From Callorhinchus milii (taxonomy: Eukaryota): DNA of 64,000 bases. Both the position numbers and the translations under genes were made by a program. Shown piece by piece: positions 12,022-25,350 of this stretch. The notes beneath the pieces were generated by a model. That model was not told the origin of the DNA and made no database searches. It saw only the letters and a program-made list of their open reading frames with translations. The stretch lies in assembly GCF_018977255.1 (NCBI RefSeq), contig NW_024704742.1, positions 116,996,001 to 117,060,000 on the forward strand. The letters are read 5' to 3'. Every line of letters begins with the position of its first letter. Position 1 is the first letter of the stretch.

Positions 12022-12724
12022 TGGAGTCCTGTAACTTAATGGTTAGAGCACTCGCCTCACAAATGAGAGGATCTGTGTTCAATTCCCAGGCAGGGCGAAA
12101 CGTTAGGCAAGTTTCCTTACTCCACATGTTTCTGTTTACCTAGCAATAACTAGGAACCTGGTTGTTAGTTGACTGGCAGATCTCTTTCCCAGAGATAATA
12201 GTCCCTTCAAAAAAAATGTAAACAAACAAAAAAAATAATTTGGTCACTCAATCCATTCCCTTTTGTGGAACACTGCTGTCTGCAATTGGCTGCTGAGTTT
12301 CTCCCACAAAATATACGGTCAATTCATTTTACACTATATTCTGTGAAGCACTTTGAGACATTGTGGAGTCCTGTAGCTCAGTGGTTAGAGCTCTCGCTTT
12401 GCAAGTGAGAGACCTGAGTTCAATTCCAGGCAGGTCAGGGCAAAACCTTGGGCAAGTTTCCTTACTCCACACAGAGCCTAATAATAATCCCTCCAAAACC
12501 AAAAACAATAATAAATTGGTCATTTTCAATCCACGACTGTTTGTGGGACATTGCTGTGCGCAATTGGCTGCCGCGTTCGCCCACAAATATACAGTCAATT
12601 CACTTTACAGTGTGTTCTGTGAAGCGCTTTGGGACGTCCTCCCTACGTGAAAAGCGCTATATCAAATGCAAGGATTATTATTATTATCTCAAAGACGTGA
12701 TAAGTAGCTATATCAAGTTCAAGG

Positions 12725-12793
<69 letters not shown>

Positions 12794-12810
12794 CATTATA
12801 TTATTATTAT
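12022..12810 (+). mobile_element. Long-form SINE with a short-form SINE (12365-12688) nested in its tail, then (ATT)n
   Basis: First copy stops at gcactttgagaca and resumes at tctcaaagacgtgataag after the nested copy. Confidence 0.88.
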
Positions 12811-12887
12811 GCCAATCTGGCTCATCTGCAGGATTTGGAAGGGCAGACCAGTCACTTGTAGCCAGGATTCTCACCACTCAGCTTCCA

Positions 12888-13240
12888 TTAACCCTGCAAG
12901 TCAAAGTCCTAATGGGTAGGGTGGTCCAAGTTAGACATGTAGCAGGATTGCTTGCCAAACAATATTGTTGATGTAAGTTATGTGGTTTTAGCTGGTTAGA
13001 TTTCAGCAGTACCAGAAGCTTGGCTCCTGCCAAACTTTGCCTAAGACATTAAATAATTAGGATGCGTCCCTCCAGGCAGCTAAGAATCCAGAAATAACGT
13101 TAAAATTATTTCTATTTGCACATTCCATTCCAACAATCTATCTCTGGAATTTCCATGTGTAAAATCTTAGCTTGCTTTGGATTCTCTTAAGCATGGTGAT
13201 AGGTTTCCATGTATGTCAGACACCCATCTGACAAAAAATA
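12888..13240 (+). repeat. Unclassified dispersed repeat, copy 2
   Basis: Starts ttaaccctgcaag, ends gtcagacacccatctgac followed by an A-rich run. Confidence 0.8.
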
Positions 13241-13289
13241 ATGTATTTTGGCTGTTATGACAGTTAGAGGTAGCCAGCTTTTCTATACA

Positions 13290-14225
13290 TTTTATATGGG
13301 ATGTAGAGCAACTGATAGTTGGCTCAATTCAGGTATGATTGAAAGTGTTTGAGAGGATAAGTGAAGAGGAACTATTTGCACTGGTCTTGGTTCACAAGAG
13401 CAAGGACAACATCAATTTAAGATTGAAAGTGTGAATGAACGGGGCAGTCAGGAAAATAAATTCTCCCAGAGTTTTCAGTGGGTGGAATAATTTGCTTGGT
13501 GTAGCTTTTGGAGCAGAGCCAAGTACATCAACAATAACAATTTGCACTTATATAGTGTCCTCCATGCAGGGTAGTGTCTTAGAGCACTTAAAGTAGGGCA
13601 TTTAAAAGGGAATTAGATAGGCCCATGAGGAGGAAGAGTATCGGAGGTTTGGGGAAAGAGCAAGAGATTTAGATTAAGATAGAGAATATCTTGAAAAGGA
13701 GAAATGTAAGAGTGTATGGGAAAAAGGCAGGAAACTGGGACTAAATGTATAGTTCTTTTAGAGAGCCAGTACAAATACAATAGGCTGAATGCCCTCATTC
13801 TGTGCTGTAAATGGAGTCCTGTAGCTCACTGGTTAGAGCACTCGCTTTGCAAGTGAGAGACCTGAGTTCAATTCCAGGCAGGGCGAAACCTTGGGCAAGT
13901 TTCCTTACTCCACACGCCTAATAATAATCCCTCCAAAAAAACAAAACAATAATAAATTGGTCATTTTCAATCCATGACTGTTTGTGGTACATTGCTGTGC
14001 GCAATTGGCTGCTGCGTTCGCCCACAAATATACAGTCAATTCACTTTACAGTATATTCTGTGAAGCGCTTTGGGACGTCTAGAAGACGTGAAAAGCGCTA
14101 TATCAAATGCAAGGATTATTATTATTATTATTATAAATGTCCATGGTTCTAGATGACTTAATTGAAAGAGCAAACCCTTATACTAATATAAAGGGTTAAA
14201 TGGCCTTCTTCTGTGCTGTATGTTT
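13290..14225 (+). mobile_element. Degenerate CR1 3' end interrupted by a SINE
   Basis: CR1-type 3' motifs (ggctgaatgccctcattctgtgctgta; gggttaaatggccttcttctgtgctgta). Confidence 0.6.
13813..14134 (+). mobile_element. tRNA-Ala SINE, short form
   Basis: Full-length match to the family. Confidence 0.92.
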
Positions 14226-15589
14226 GGATGGTTCCAATTAAATGAAACTGCCAGCCTTGCGGAACATTGCACCAATGATCTGAATATTATATCATCATCA
14301 CCTGAATACAGATGGATGTGGTGCTTAACTAATACTACTAATCTCCTCCTGGTACCTGGAGAGATCCAGAAGCCAATAAAATTAATGGCTCTTTTGCTTT
14401 ACAGCCATAGGCAGAGTAATTGAGTCACTGAGGAACTATCAAAAGCTATCTTAATGTTCAGAGAGTTACTCTGTAATACTTTCCATCACAATGTAGAATA
14501 TGTTTATATGTATAGCTGTGGAAGGAGCAGCTTGATGGGCTGAATGACCTTTTACTGTTCCATGCATTTTCTTAACAACACTCCAACTACATTTAATATC
14601 AAGTTTGTTTCACTATTACAGTACTTCAAATGTAAATAAATAAACATTAAAATTACTTACAGTTCCTATATCTATCCATAGAGAACAATGGGCCATTCCA
14701 AAACACCAATATTGAATGGTTGGGATTATACGTGTGAAGTGACAGCTGAACCCGCCCAGTAGTTACTCCAGTACTGTTATGGATACTCTAAATGTTATTG
14801 GAATTATATAATGCATTCTTCTCCATTGTTAAGTGATAATGTTGACAGAAGATATTGATTTGTGATATATTTACTTCTCAGTTAAATTAGGATTAAAAAT
14901 TTAAATTTTGTAATGTAATATATGTAGAGGATCTTCAATGTAAGTTCCTATCATATAATAGCATTTTACCACCAATGATATGTTATAAAAATCAGCTTTT
15001 AGGGAGTAACTGGATGAGAATGAATTGTTGTGTACTTGTCATTATTTTGATCTCCTTCAAGGCCACTCACTTTATAATTGTACATTGGAAAATTATCAGC
15101 TAAAAATTTCTGAAAATGCAAAACCTTTCTTTCTATGCCTCAGGCATCAGAAAAACTCCAGCTGACGTTGGTATAACTTGCTTCTTTCTGCATGCAGGTC
15201 ATAGAAAGCTGCTGTAAATTAATCAGGGTTATGACAGTCTAAAAAAAATGTAAACTCACAAAAACATTAATATTGATGATAAGTATTTCAGAATATATAC
15301 ATCACAAGCACAATTTGTCAGGCTGTAAAGTTTGAGGGAAATTCTGCAAATCTGCTTAGGATTTCTGTCACTGCGAATCCACACTACAGAAACAGTATCC
15401 AATCTGAACAGATGTTTACTGCCTGAATTAAAACCAGCATTAAAACCAGCTTTAATAACACAAAATCCACCTCCTTGAGGTTAGAGATGAGTCTGTACTT
15501 GAGCTAGAAACCTGAATTACGAGAAGGGAACTTCTCTTGCTGTGCAATCCACCAAATAAAATTGGTCAAACAATTTGTGACTGTCTGTG

Positions 15590-16030
15590 GGACATTCACC
15601 TGCAAATGCACAATCATTTGAGCTCTTTGAGATGTTTCAACATAAGGCTAAGGCAATGTGATATCAAATGTGAGGATTATTATTAATACAGATTCAGTTG
15701 AGCTGGGCAAAATGCAAAATATTTTTGCAGGATTTTGTAATACGAAATAGGCATCACATAGCTTAACCATGACTGCTTGTTCAGGTGATCATTAAAGATC
15801 CCATGGACACAATTCAAAAAGAGAAGGGAGTTGCTCCTGGTGTCCTGGCCAACAATCCCCAATTTATGGGACATTGCTGTGTGCAAATTGGCTGCTATGT
15901 TCACCCACAAAATAAATAATAATAATAAAAATACAGTTACTGCAATTTACAGCATATTCTGTAAAACAATTTTGGTACGTCCTCCCAACATGAAAGGCAC
16001 TGTATGAAATGTGAGGATTATTTTTTTTAT
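15590..16030 (+). mobile_element. Old DeuSINE-like fragments
   Basis: Deu-domain-like ttaaagatcccatgg...gggagttgctcctggtgtcctggccaac plus SINE tails. Confidence 0.7.
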
Positions 16031-16149
16031 TAATTTGTAAGTTTAACAATCCTATATACTGAACATTAAAGCAATTGGCACTGAGGATTTTTCAAGACAT
16101 AATAATAATATCCTTACATTTATATGACAATATTAGGGTACTTGACACT

Positions 16150-17300
16150 TTGTAAGCAGAACAGGAAAACAACCAGCAGTGAAAGCTATTATTGCAATAA
16201 TAATTATTCTAATAAGCATGACTCAGTGAGTGGTTATCCCTCCTGTGTGATACATGCACTGCTGTTTTCACACTCAATTAAAAACAAAGTCTCATAAGAA
16301 CCAACACTACTGTGACCTGCATTCCTTCAGGAGTTTTTCAGTTGAACGCTGCAGCCAATTTGTGCGCACCAATGTTCCACAAACAACTATCGAGTGAATG
16401 ACCAATTTTATTTAGGGGATTATTGGTTAGGACACTGGGAAAAACACCATTCTCTTTTTGAATAGTGCCTCTGGATCTTTAACATCCTACTGAACAGGCA
16501 GAGAGACCCTCGGTCTAACTTCTTATCTGAATAACGGGTAGTTATAATAATAATAATGATGATGATAATCCTTACAATTTGATATAACACTTTATCGTGT
16601 ACTTGAAATGTTTCAAAGCCCTTCACAGATTTTTGCAAATGCAATTCCAGTCCACTTGTGAGAGGCATTTGGTTTACATGCATTTTCAGGCCTCAAAGAT
16701 ATTGTCAAATTGTGTGACAAAAGCATACCTGAACGTTTTTGCATTCAAATCTGGTGCAACCCCTCTACTACAGCGCTGCTTTCAAATATTTTTCACAAAT
16801 AAGTGTCAAGTACCCTAATATTGACATTGTCATAAGTGTAAATGATGAACAGAATGGAATTTCCCACATTCTCACATACATTGTTTCTCCAATGAAGAGA
16901 AATTCACCCGGTGATGTTATTATTTGCTAATGTTTTACTCTTTGTACCGGTTTGTCAATTTCACTGACTGCCTGCTGAACTGAGATGTCTGTCTGCCGAT
17001 GGGATGGGAGTGAAATTGGAAGTCTGTAGTATTATAATTCCTGTTCTCATTGATGATCACATCACCTGGGGACATTGATAATGATTTGGAATCACTTGAA
17101 GTTCGCAGTGGTTGATCTCCTGAAGGAATGCAGGTCACAGCAGTGTTGGTTCTTGTGAGACTTTGTTTTTAATTGAGAGTGAAAACAGCAGTGCATGTAG
17201 CACACAGGAGTGATCACCACTCACTGAGTCATGCTTATTAGAATAATTATTATTCCACTAATAGCTTTCACTGCTGGTTGTTTTCCTGTTCTGCTTACAA
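16150..17300. repeat. 184-bp inverted repeat (16150-16333 / 17117-17300)
   Basis: Reverse-complement alignment by eye gives about 8 mismatches. Confidence 0.92.
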
Positions 17301-17569
17301 TAACATTAAACCATAGGTACCTTCCACCTAGTAGGGGACCATATGACCCATTTTATTAACTTGTTTTCAATTGCTCACTAACAACTTTCTCACCTCTGAT
17401 GTTCGAACGATATCTTATTCTTTAATTTTTCTGTCTGTTTTGGGATCATTATGCAGTTTGGTCATAGGTCTCCTATTAATTTACCCATGAAATGAGATAA
17501 ATGTAATCATGTTTGCAGTGTATGATGTAAAGTACCATTGGAAATTGAGCTATGGCAATGTTTTTGTAT

Positions 17570-17810
17570 GATTAACCTGATATCGGATGAATGTGAAAAC
17601 TCGCCACCATAATTAAGAATATCCAAACTAGACTGGGAGTTCCACATATGCACACCATCTATAATGGAAAATTCCCTTTTGTCTGGAATAGAGTGTGCAC
17701 TTTCTCTCTAGAGGCCAGCACCCTACTTACCTAATTCTGGAAATTCCAGTATTAGGTACAGGTTGGCAAAAGCCAAGGCTTGGGGTATCCCAGAGTATTG
17801 ATGTTACTTT
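17570..17810 (-). repeat. Unclassified dispersed repeat, copy 3 (diverged)
   Basis: Reverse complement of the blocks in 4688-4986. Confidence 0.7.
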
Positions 17811-18649
17811 TGGAGAGTGTATTGACTGAGAAGTCGTTTAGAATGTTGTATCAGTGACTTCCAGCATCCGATTTGACGTGGGTTGCTGGTGGACTGACTG
17901 ACAGATCTCTGCATAATATCTGTGTGGTGCTAAGAAAGAATCAGTGTAGAAATTCACAGTTGCAGTGGCCTCTATGGGTTGCAATTGTAGCAAGTGACTT
18001 AAAATTAGTTTGCAGCTCACAACATAGATCTGAGAGATTTTGCCCAGTGAATGAAAATTGTTTTAGACACTGCAATTCTGATACAGCAAAATTTGGCTTC
18101 AGTGCCAATTCTCCTCCCTCCCACAACTCCATCTTGTCTTTTTCTTTTGTATTTTCCCTGCCATCAGGATAGAGGTAAGCAAAATATAAATATTCTGTCA
18201 GCATGTCAAGTTTGAAAATACTAGCACTCGGTGTGCATGAGAAATGCAGCAAGAAGGAGATTATTTCAATTTGTTGTGGTGAGTTCTCTATAAACTCAAA
18301 TGGTGGGAGTCCTGGGGGTTGCCTAAACTGGACATTTTGCTATGGGAGGTAATCTGAGTAATTTGCTGGCGTTTTTAAAACCTTAAAATCTTTTACTGGG
18401 GCATTAAAAGATTAAGTCTTTCAGGATTACGCCCCATACGTATTAATGTGAACCCAACATTTAAATCACTAAAATGGAACGGTTTAGAAATGAACAAACA
18501 CTTGCTATTTCCTCATTTTAGTTGAATCTTATACCTGAATTAAATATGTAATTTTATATATAAAGGCTATTCAAAGATTGAGAGGAGGAAATGTCAGATA
18601 GTGGGACTGACCAACAGAACAGAGTGAAAATTAAAGCAATTTTTTAGTA

Positions 18650-18930
18650 CCCTTGTCCCCTCCACTCTACAATTGACAGCCATGCTATGCTCTCAGCCAC
18701 TGTGCCCGAAATCTCTGGAACTCCTTGCCTCAATCCCTCTGTCTTACCCCCCCCTTTGCCCATCTTCAAATTGCACCTGAAGACTTTCCTCTTTGACCAG
18801 GCCTTTGGTCACCTCCTCTCTCTTTCCAGCTCGGCGTCAAGCACTTTTATTTGTTGTAAAATGACACTTTCGTGATCCACGATGCTACCCACGTAAAGAG
18901 TGCTATATGAATGCAATTTGTTGTTGTTTT
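18650..18930 (+). mobile_element. Old L2 3' fragment
   Basis: FKLHLKTFLFDQAF translation and (TTG) tail. Confidence 0.7.
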
Positions 18931-20069
18931 ATTGTTTTTATTGTTATACAATCACGTAAATCTATTAATAGCAACAAGGCGGCAATATATCTTTGTGCAA
19001 GTACCCAACAGCATGAACTTAACATTGTTAAAAAAATCAGACAAATTTAACTTTGAACTGGAATTGAAAAATTCAATACATGATAATGCATTTAGATTGC
19101 TGAATTAAATCCAAATAAGAGATATTGGAATGAAATCTATGTCAATCCATAACAGATTCAATATGATCACAACAATCTGTTATAAAATGGCCAAATTTCA
19201 ATTAAAGGCTAAAGATTGGCTTCAGCATTAAATCCACTACAGTTTTAGGACATTGTTTTTCCATAAAAGCTTTTCAATCCATTTTAGCCGGCATCTTTGT
19301 TCAGATCGATAATAATAATCCTTGATTTGATATAGCGACTTAATAGGTCTTCAAGCTGCCACAAAGCACTTCACGGAACATCCTGTAAAGTGAATTGACC
19401 ATATATATTGTTTAACATCAGTTGTCCATGATGAAAGGGTGATTACATGTAGATGTTTATTGAGGGTTGGATTCGCTTCAACAGTGATCCCTGCCCCCAT
19501 CCTGCTTTGCCCCCAATTTAATTTGGCCTTAATTACACTTGTTGATATTATTAGAATTTCAGGTGCATTAAATAATATTTTACAAAATTATACGATATGA
19601 TTTATTTTAGTCCTTCACACCGCTTAATCACTGCACTTTACAGTGTGTCCTGTGAAGCACTTTGAGACATCTCAAAGATATGTTAAGGCGCTATATCAAA
19701 TGCAAAAATTATTAATTATGGTTTTAATTAGTAATTATATATATGTGGGAGGTAAATCTTGCTGACAGTGCTTATAAAACTATCCTGGGACTATCTGGAC
19801 TATCAAGACTATAAAACTAGCCTGTTTTATCTTCATCAGATTGTTAGCATGTTAGCTATTGTCTGTTTTCTTTTTACACTTTAACCTGTGGCGAAATTGG
19901 CATAGTAATTGAGTGGCAGTGTGATTCAACATAGCCCAGTACAAGATAAAATTACAGGAGAAACCAGTTAGAATGTGTTTTGTTACAAATGTAGATTAGC
20001 TTATTGTATGTTTGGGGTGTGGAGCTCAGCATTTACTTACCCAAGAATCCAAGTTACAGGTGACACACT

Positions 20070-20725
20070 TTTTTGGGGGGGAAATTATATATTTATATTT
20101 GGTGCAACAGAAACCCCAAACAAACACAACGTACAACATTTTCTGTTCATTTGTTTCCTTTTCTCCCAATACAAAAACATTCCATTCTTTACGTTACATT
20201 CCTTCACCGCATACAGGTTGTGCACACGTTTTTTGGTACGTTCTCTTTAAAACAGTCGGGAGTCTCTCCTGTGTGCACTACATCCATGTGCGTGCCCGCC
20301 ATGGCATGTCCTGATGGTTATTGGTCAGGGCCGGTGATGAGGTGTTCTGCCAGATGTGGCTGGCCATCACCGCAGGGTACCTCCCGATCGGGGCTGCCCT
20401 CTCCTCCTTTTGAACTGTTTTCACGACCTGTCGGGCGGACCACACGCTGATTGCTCAGGGGTCTGGGATGGTTTTCTTTAGGAATTTCTCAACATAGGAT
20501 AGGTGGATCGGCACCCTCCAACTGTGTGGAACGTTTCGAGGCAATTCTGCCAGAGCCACCCTTCTCAGCACCGGGTACAGGTAGAAACCCAGCACATAGC
20601 AGCATTTGTTGCTGGCGTAGCGGGGCTCCAGGCACAGCCTCAGGCAGCTACACACAAAGGCAGCCATGACAATCAGGGCTAAGTTAGGGACACTTTTTCC
20701 ACCCTTTTCTGTGGTTTTGTGCATA
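20070..20725 (-). mobile_element. Tx1-clade non-LTR retrotransposon ORF2 C-terminal fragment plus 3' UTR
   Basis: GGKSVPNLALIVMAAFVCSCLRLC...YVLGFYLYPVLRR...LPRNVPHSWRVPIHLSYVEKF followed by WQNTSSPALTNNHQD, typical of fish Tx1 ORF2; internally deleted. Confidence 0.75.
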
Positions 20726-20939
20726 TTAATAATTTGACTCAGGAGGCTCTCTAACTATTCTTTGAAAAGAGTAATCCGAACAATGACAATGGTCCTCAGC
20801 TAAAGTTTTTCCCCATAGGAAGTTCTCCTTACTTCACAGCAGGGTCACAAAATTAAATTAACCTTTACAACAGTAAGCACTATCCTTATTATGGGAGTAT
20901 TGTGCTCCAGCTCAAACGTGATTGAATAGCACCAATATT

Positions 20940-21715
20940 TAGCACTCAATAAAGTGAAAGAAAGGAGTAACTGGGTTGGGATGAGGGATGGCAGAGAGGT
21001 AGGAGGGCGGCTGAAGGCACAGTCCAAAAGGAGGGTCTTGAAAGAGGCAAGGGAGGGAGCAAGGCAAATGATTGTGGGATGGAGTTCCAAAGGGTGGCTG
21101 AAAGCTTGGCCGCCAATGGTAGGGCAGGTCAGGCAGGAGACATGGAGCAGGCTGCTGAATGGAGAGAGCGGACAAGTTGATAGGAGGTCAGCAGGTTGTC
21201 CTTGAATCGAAGTTGGAGGCAAAGAGACGAAGTTGGTTTTCATCCGCATATATGTGAAAGTTGACCCCATGTCTGCGGATGATGTCACCAAGGGGGAGCA
21301 TATAGAGGTTGAAGAAGAGGGGACCGAGGACAGATGAACACCACATGAGACTGTGGAAGAGAGACTATTGGCGGAGACAAATTGGAGATGGTGTGAGAGA
21401 TAAGATCTGAACCATTCAAGGACAGAACTTTGAAGGCTGAGGTGAGAGGAGAGGCGGTGGAGGAGAATGGAGTGATCCACACTATTGAAGGCAGCAAGGA
21501 GGTTGAGGAGGATGAAGAGGCAGAGGGAGCCCTGGTCACAGATGGATAGGATGTTATTTGTGGCCTTGACCAGAGCAGTTTCCGTGCTGTGAGCAGCACA
21601 GAAACCCATTTGGAGGGGCTTGTGAAGGGAGTGGTAGGAGAGGAAGGAGTGAAGCTGGGAAGCAACAACTCTTTCAAGAATCTTGGAAAGAGAAAGGAGG
21701 TTGGAGATGGGCTGG
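20940..21715 (-). mobile_element. Internally deleted L2
   Basis: [20 protein letters not shown] motifs; tail region. Confidence 0.85.
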
Positions 21716-22115
21716 TAATATTAATAATCCTTGCATTTATTATAGCGCTTTTCATGTCTTCGAGGCATCTCAAAGCGCTTCACAGAATAAACTGTGAAGT
21801 GAATTGATTGTATATTTGTGGGCGGCACAAATTTACAATTGCGTACAGCAGACAGTTGTATATATCACATTGGCAGGTCACATGAATTTTCAAACGTGAA
21901 TTGCATTTAAGTCTGGATTGATCAATGGTTGTTAGGTAACTGGAGGAAGAGAATCACTAAGATGTCAGACACCTTGCTTCGTTGCAAGTCTGATGAAGTC
22001 TCAGGGTGTCAATCTGTTTCCAATTATACTTGGGGTGAATGTAAAATAACTACTTACAGGTCTTTTGCATTTTGTAATCCATGAATTTGGTAAAGCCACT
22101 TCCCAATGTGCAAGT

Positions 22116-22492
22116 AATAATAATAATAATAATAATAATCCTTGCATTTGACATAGCACCTTATCATGTCAGTCACCGAGACATCTCAAAGTGCCTCACA
22201 GAATATATTGTAAAGTGGACTGCGTATTTTGTAGGCGAAAGACGACAGCCAATTGCACACAGTAGTGTCCCACAAATGGTCATGGGTTGAGTGAACATTT
22301 TTTTTTGGAGGGATTTTTAACCCTGGAAAGCAATCTGTCAATCAACTAACAACTGCATTCCTTCTTATTGCTAGGTAAACAGAGACGTGTGGACTAAAGA
22401 AATTTGCCTAAGGTTTTGCCCTGCCTGGGAATTGAACCCGGGTTCTCTTGCTTGCGAGGCAAGTCCACTAACCATTATGTTACAGGACTCCA
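22116..22492 (-). mobile_element. tRNA SINE, long form
   Basis: Head, extra internal segment (ctctgtttacctagc...) and tail. Confidence 0.85.
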
Positions 22493-24109
22493 GGACATGC
22501 TAACCACTTAACTGCAGGAAGTGAAGTCAATTTGCAAGAAAATCTCAGGCTCAGATACGCTCAGCCATGATAACCCCAAAATAAATGGAATTAACAGTGA
22601 CTAATCTGGAGTAAAATTGTCAATGGTTCATTTTCTAAGAAAGAACCTGCACTTAGATCATCGCTTATCAAATGAAATGTCTCAAGGCCCTTCAGAAGTA
22701 ATACTGTCAAGTGTAATAACTTTTGTTTTAGAGCTGAACTCAGCAGTCATTTGCTTCAGCAAGATTCCCCAAGCAGCATGAGGTGAAAGAAAAATTAATC
22801 TGAAGGAATTGGTCTTGGAAAATCTCCCCAAACTCAGGTTTTGGCTCTTAAAACTAGCTGCATAAAAAATGTCAAACGATCCTCCATTAAAGATTATCTG
22901 TCATTTGCATAATTTTTAAAAAGTCAGACTTCCACATTATGCCACTGGCAGAGTAAGATTGCAGGGAATGATAACAGAATTCATTACGAGCTACAATATA
23001 AAAATTATAGCCATGTAATGAGATTCCTCTGAGTGATTCTGTCAACTATCACGAATAGTAAGCAGTGTGTCATTAAGTCTGCAGTATGAGAGTCTGATTC
23101 ATGATGAGTCACTTTAAGTGTAGCCTCTGCTGATAAAAGGCTGCTGTAGTCAGGGTTGTCGAAGTTGTATTGAATACTTTAGCTAGGTAATGGGATGTTT
23201 CTCTCTACCAGATCTGACTTTATTGCGTTCATTACAAAGAATGCAGGAGAGGTAGGCGTTTTGTGGGTGGAACTTAGTTCTATAATAGATAGCAGCTACT
23301 GGTGGGTCTTTAAAATGTAATCTCAGAGCTGGCTGCACACTCTGCAGCCAATTTTCACGAGGTGAATGAAAAGAACACTTAAAGTGAAACCTAATGCAAG
23401 ACATCCTAAACTCAAAAATCTCGACTCTGGTTACTGCTCAGTCGTCATTTGTCTTAGAATAATAAATTTTAATTATTGGTTTGTTTCTTTAAGGGTAGTT
23501 AATGTACTACATAATTGAATTGCTTTGCTCTATGGATACAATGGCTTCTTATCTATTGCTGCGTTCTGAAGTTTGAGGGATTTTGTTTATTAAAAGCCTT
23601 CTGGTTACATTTGTTTCCTACCATAAATAACAACATACGTCTTTTTATCTGTACTGCTTGCTGTAAAATCCATTTCACTTTGTTTGAATTCAGAACACAT
23701 ATTCTGCTCAGAGGCTATAATGAGGCTCAATCTGTTCCATAACGGTAATCACAATCCATTAAAACCTACTCCTGTGACTTTGTCCCTGGTTACTTATACT
23801 GTTGTTACTCTGTGTGGCACCACATAAAACATCATAACATCAATCATGGAGAGTAGCTTAATCTAGTCTCCGATCTGATCAAAGTTACACTGTGGGGCCA
23901 AATTTTAACATTTGTCTTAATGGCCAGGTTAGATTTAGAGGGATTTATGTAAAATGTTTTTTGTTTTGTGAAAAATGTTTAATAATATCACAGCAGCATA
24001 AAGCGAATACACAACATACCAGTTTCATTTGAAGATATGTTGTTAGCTTCTGCAGTGATAATGCAGGCAATGTTTCCAGGATAAATAGCAGGCCAAATGT
24101 ATATTTTTA

Positions 24110-24473
24110 TATTTTGGTCAGCTGGGTATCTGACACAAGTGGAAACCTATCACCATAATTAAGAGTATCTAAACCAAGCTGAGAGTTCCATGCATCCCAT
24201 CTCCACAAGGAAATTCCAGAGATAGATCGATGGAATGGAATACACATTCTCTCCCTGAAGATACGCATTCTGCTTAGCTAATTTCGGAAAGTATTAGGCA
24301 TAGGTTGACAAAACCCAAGACTTGGGGACCCCAGAGGGTGCATTGGAGCACTGCTGGAATCTAACCAGCTAAAACTACATAGCTTGCAATTGAGAGCACT
24401 GTCTGGCAAGGTTTACTGCTGCTTGTCCAGCTAGGACCACTCTACGTGTTAGGACTTCGGTTTACAGGATTAA
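24110..24473 (-). repeat. Unclassified dispersed repeat, copy 4 (longest)
   Basis: Reverse complement begins ttaatcctgtaaaccgaagtcc and ends gtcagatacccagctgacc followed by A-rich sequence. Confidence 0.8.
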
Positions 24474-24992
24474 TATGTAAGTGTAAGTTAATGTAAAATA
24501 ATATACAATGACAGTACTAAAGTCACTATTTAGATGGCTGGTGTTTCAATGGGATATGTTAGCATCTTTGCACCATGCAGTCAATGTGATCATATTCCTC
24601 AAGTCACAGTCCATGACCAAACTCTGGCAGAAGCTGTTTTTTTCACTTGCATTACAAAGTACATTGGGTTCCTCTGACAAGAGTGCTTTGCTCAATAATT
24701 GCTTAGTGATGACCAGCAGATTTTATATTTACAGTACCATATGTTTGATCGATAGAGACAATACCAAACATAGAAGAGTGCAATTAATGGAGTGTGAATC
24801 CTTCCTAAATGCAGTTTCAGCTTTTTTTTTAACTAGCTCACTGGATATTTCTGTACAGTTTTTACCAAATTGCATTTTCCAGCATCTCTTTGAAACTTTG
24901 AAAATTTAATTTCTTCTAAAATATTGAACGGTTGTAAAACAAATGGTCTTTATTTTGAACAGGTGTGAAGAAGAGTCTTCCACACACACACA

Positions 24993-25350
24993 AAGTCCTA
25001 TAGCATACTGATTTGAGCACTTGCCTCTCAAGCAATAGGATCTGGGTTCAAATCCCAGGCAGGGCAAAACATTGAGGAAGTTTTCGTACTCCACACACCT
25101 CTGTTTTCCTAGCAGTAAGTCGGTACCCAGTTGTTATTCGATTGCCATATTGCTTTCCAGGGGTAATAATTCTTTAAAATAAAATGTGGTCACTCAATCT
25201 ACAACTGTTTGTGGGACACTGATGTGTGCAATTGGCTGCCGTGTTGGCCTACAAAATATATAGTCAATTCACTTTACAGTTTATTCTGTGAAACACATTG
25301 AGATGTCTCAACGACGTGATAAGCACTGTATCAAATGCAAGGATTATTAT
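24993..25350 (+). mobile_element. tRNA SINE, long form
   Basis: Family match. Confidence 0.85.

Noticed and set aside
14661..14790. - strand exon candidate (VQLSLHTYNPNHSILVFWNGPLFSMDRYRN, GTAAGT donor)
   Set aside because: Weak acceptor, unrecognised peptide, no supporting neighbouring exons
16935..17480. Possible Gypsy integrase remnant
   Set aside because: Only a vague resemblance with many stops; no diagnostic motif
21968..22010. CTGATGA inside a weak hairpin as a hammerhead
   Set aside because: No GAAA box closing a stem II
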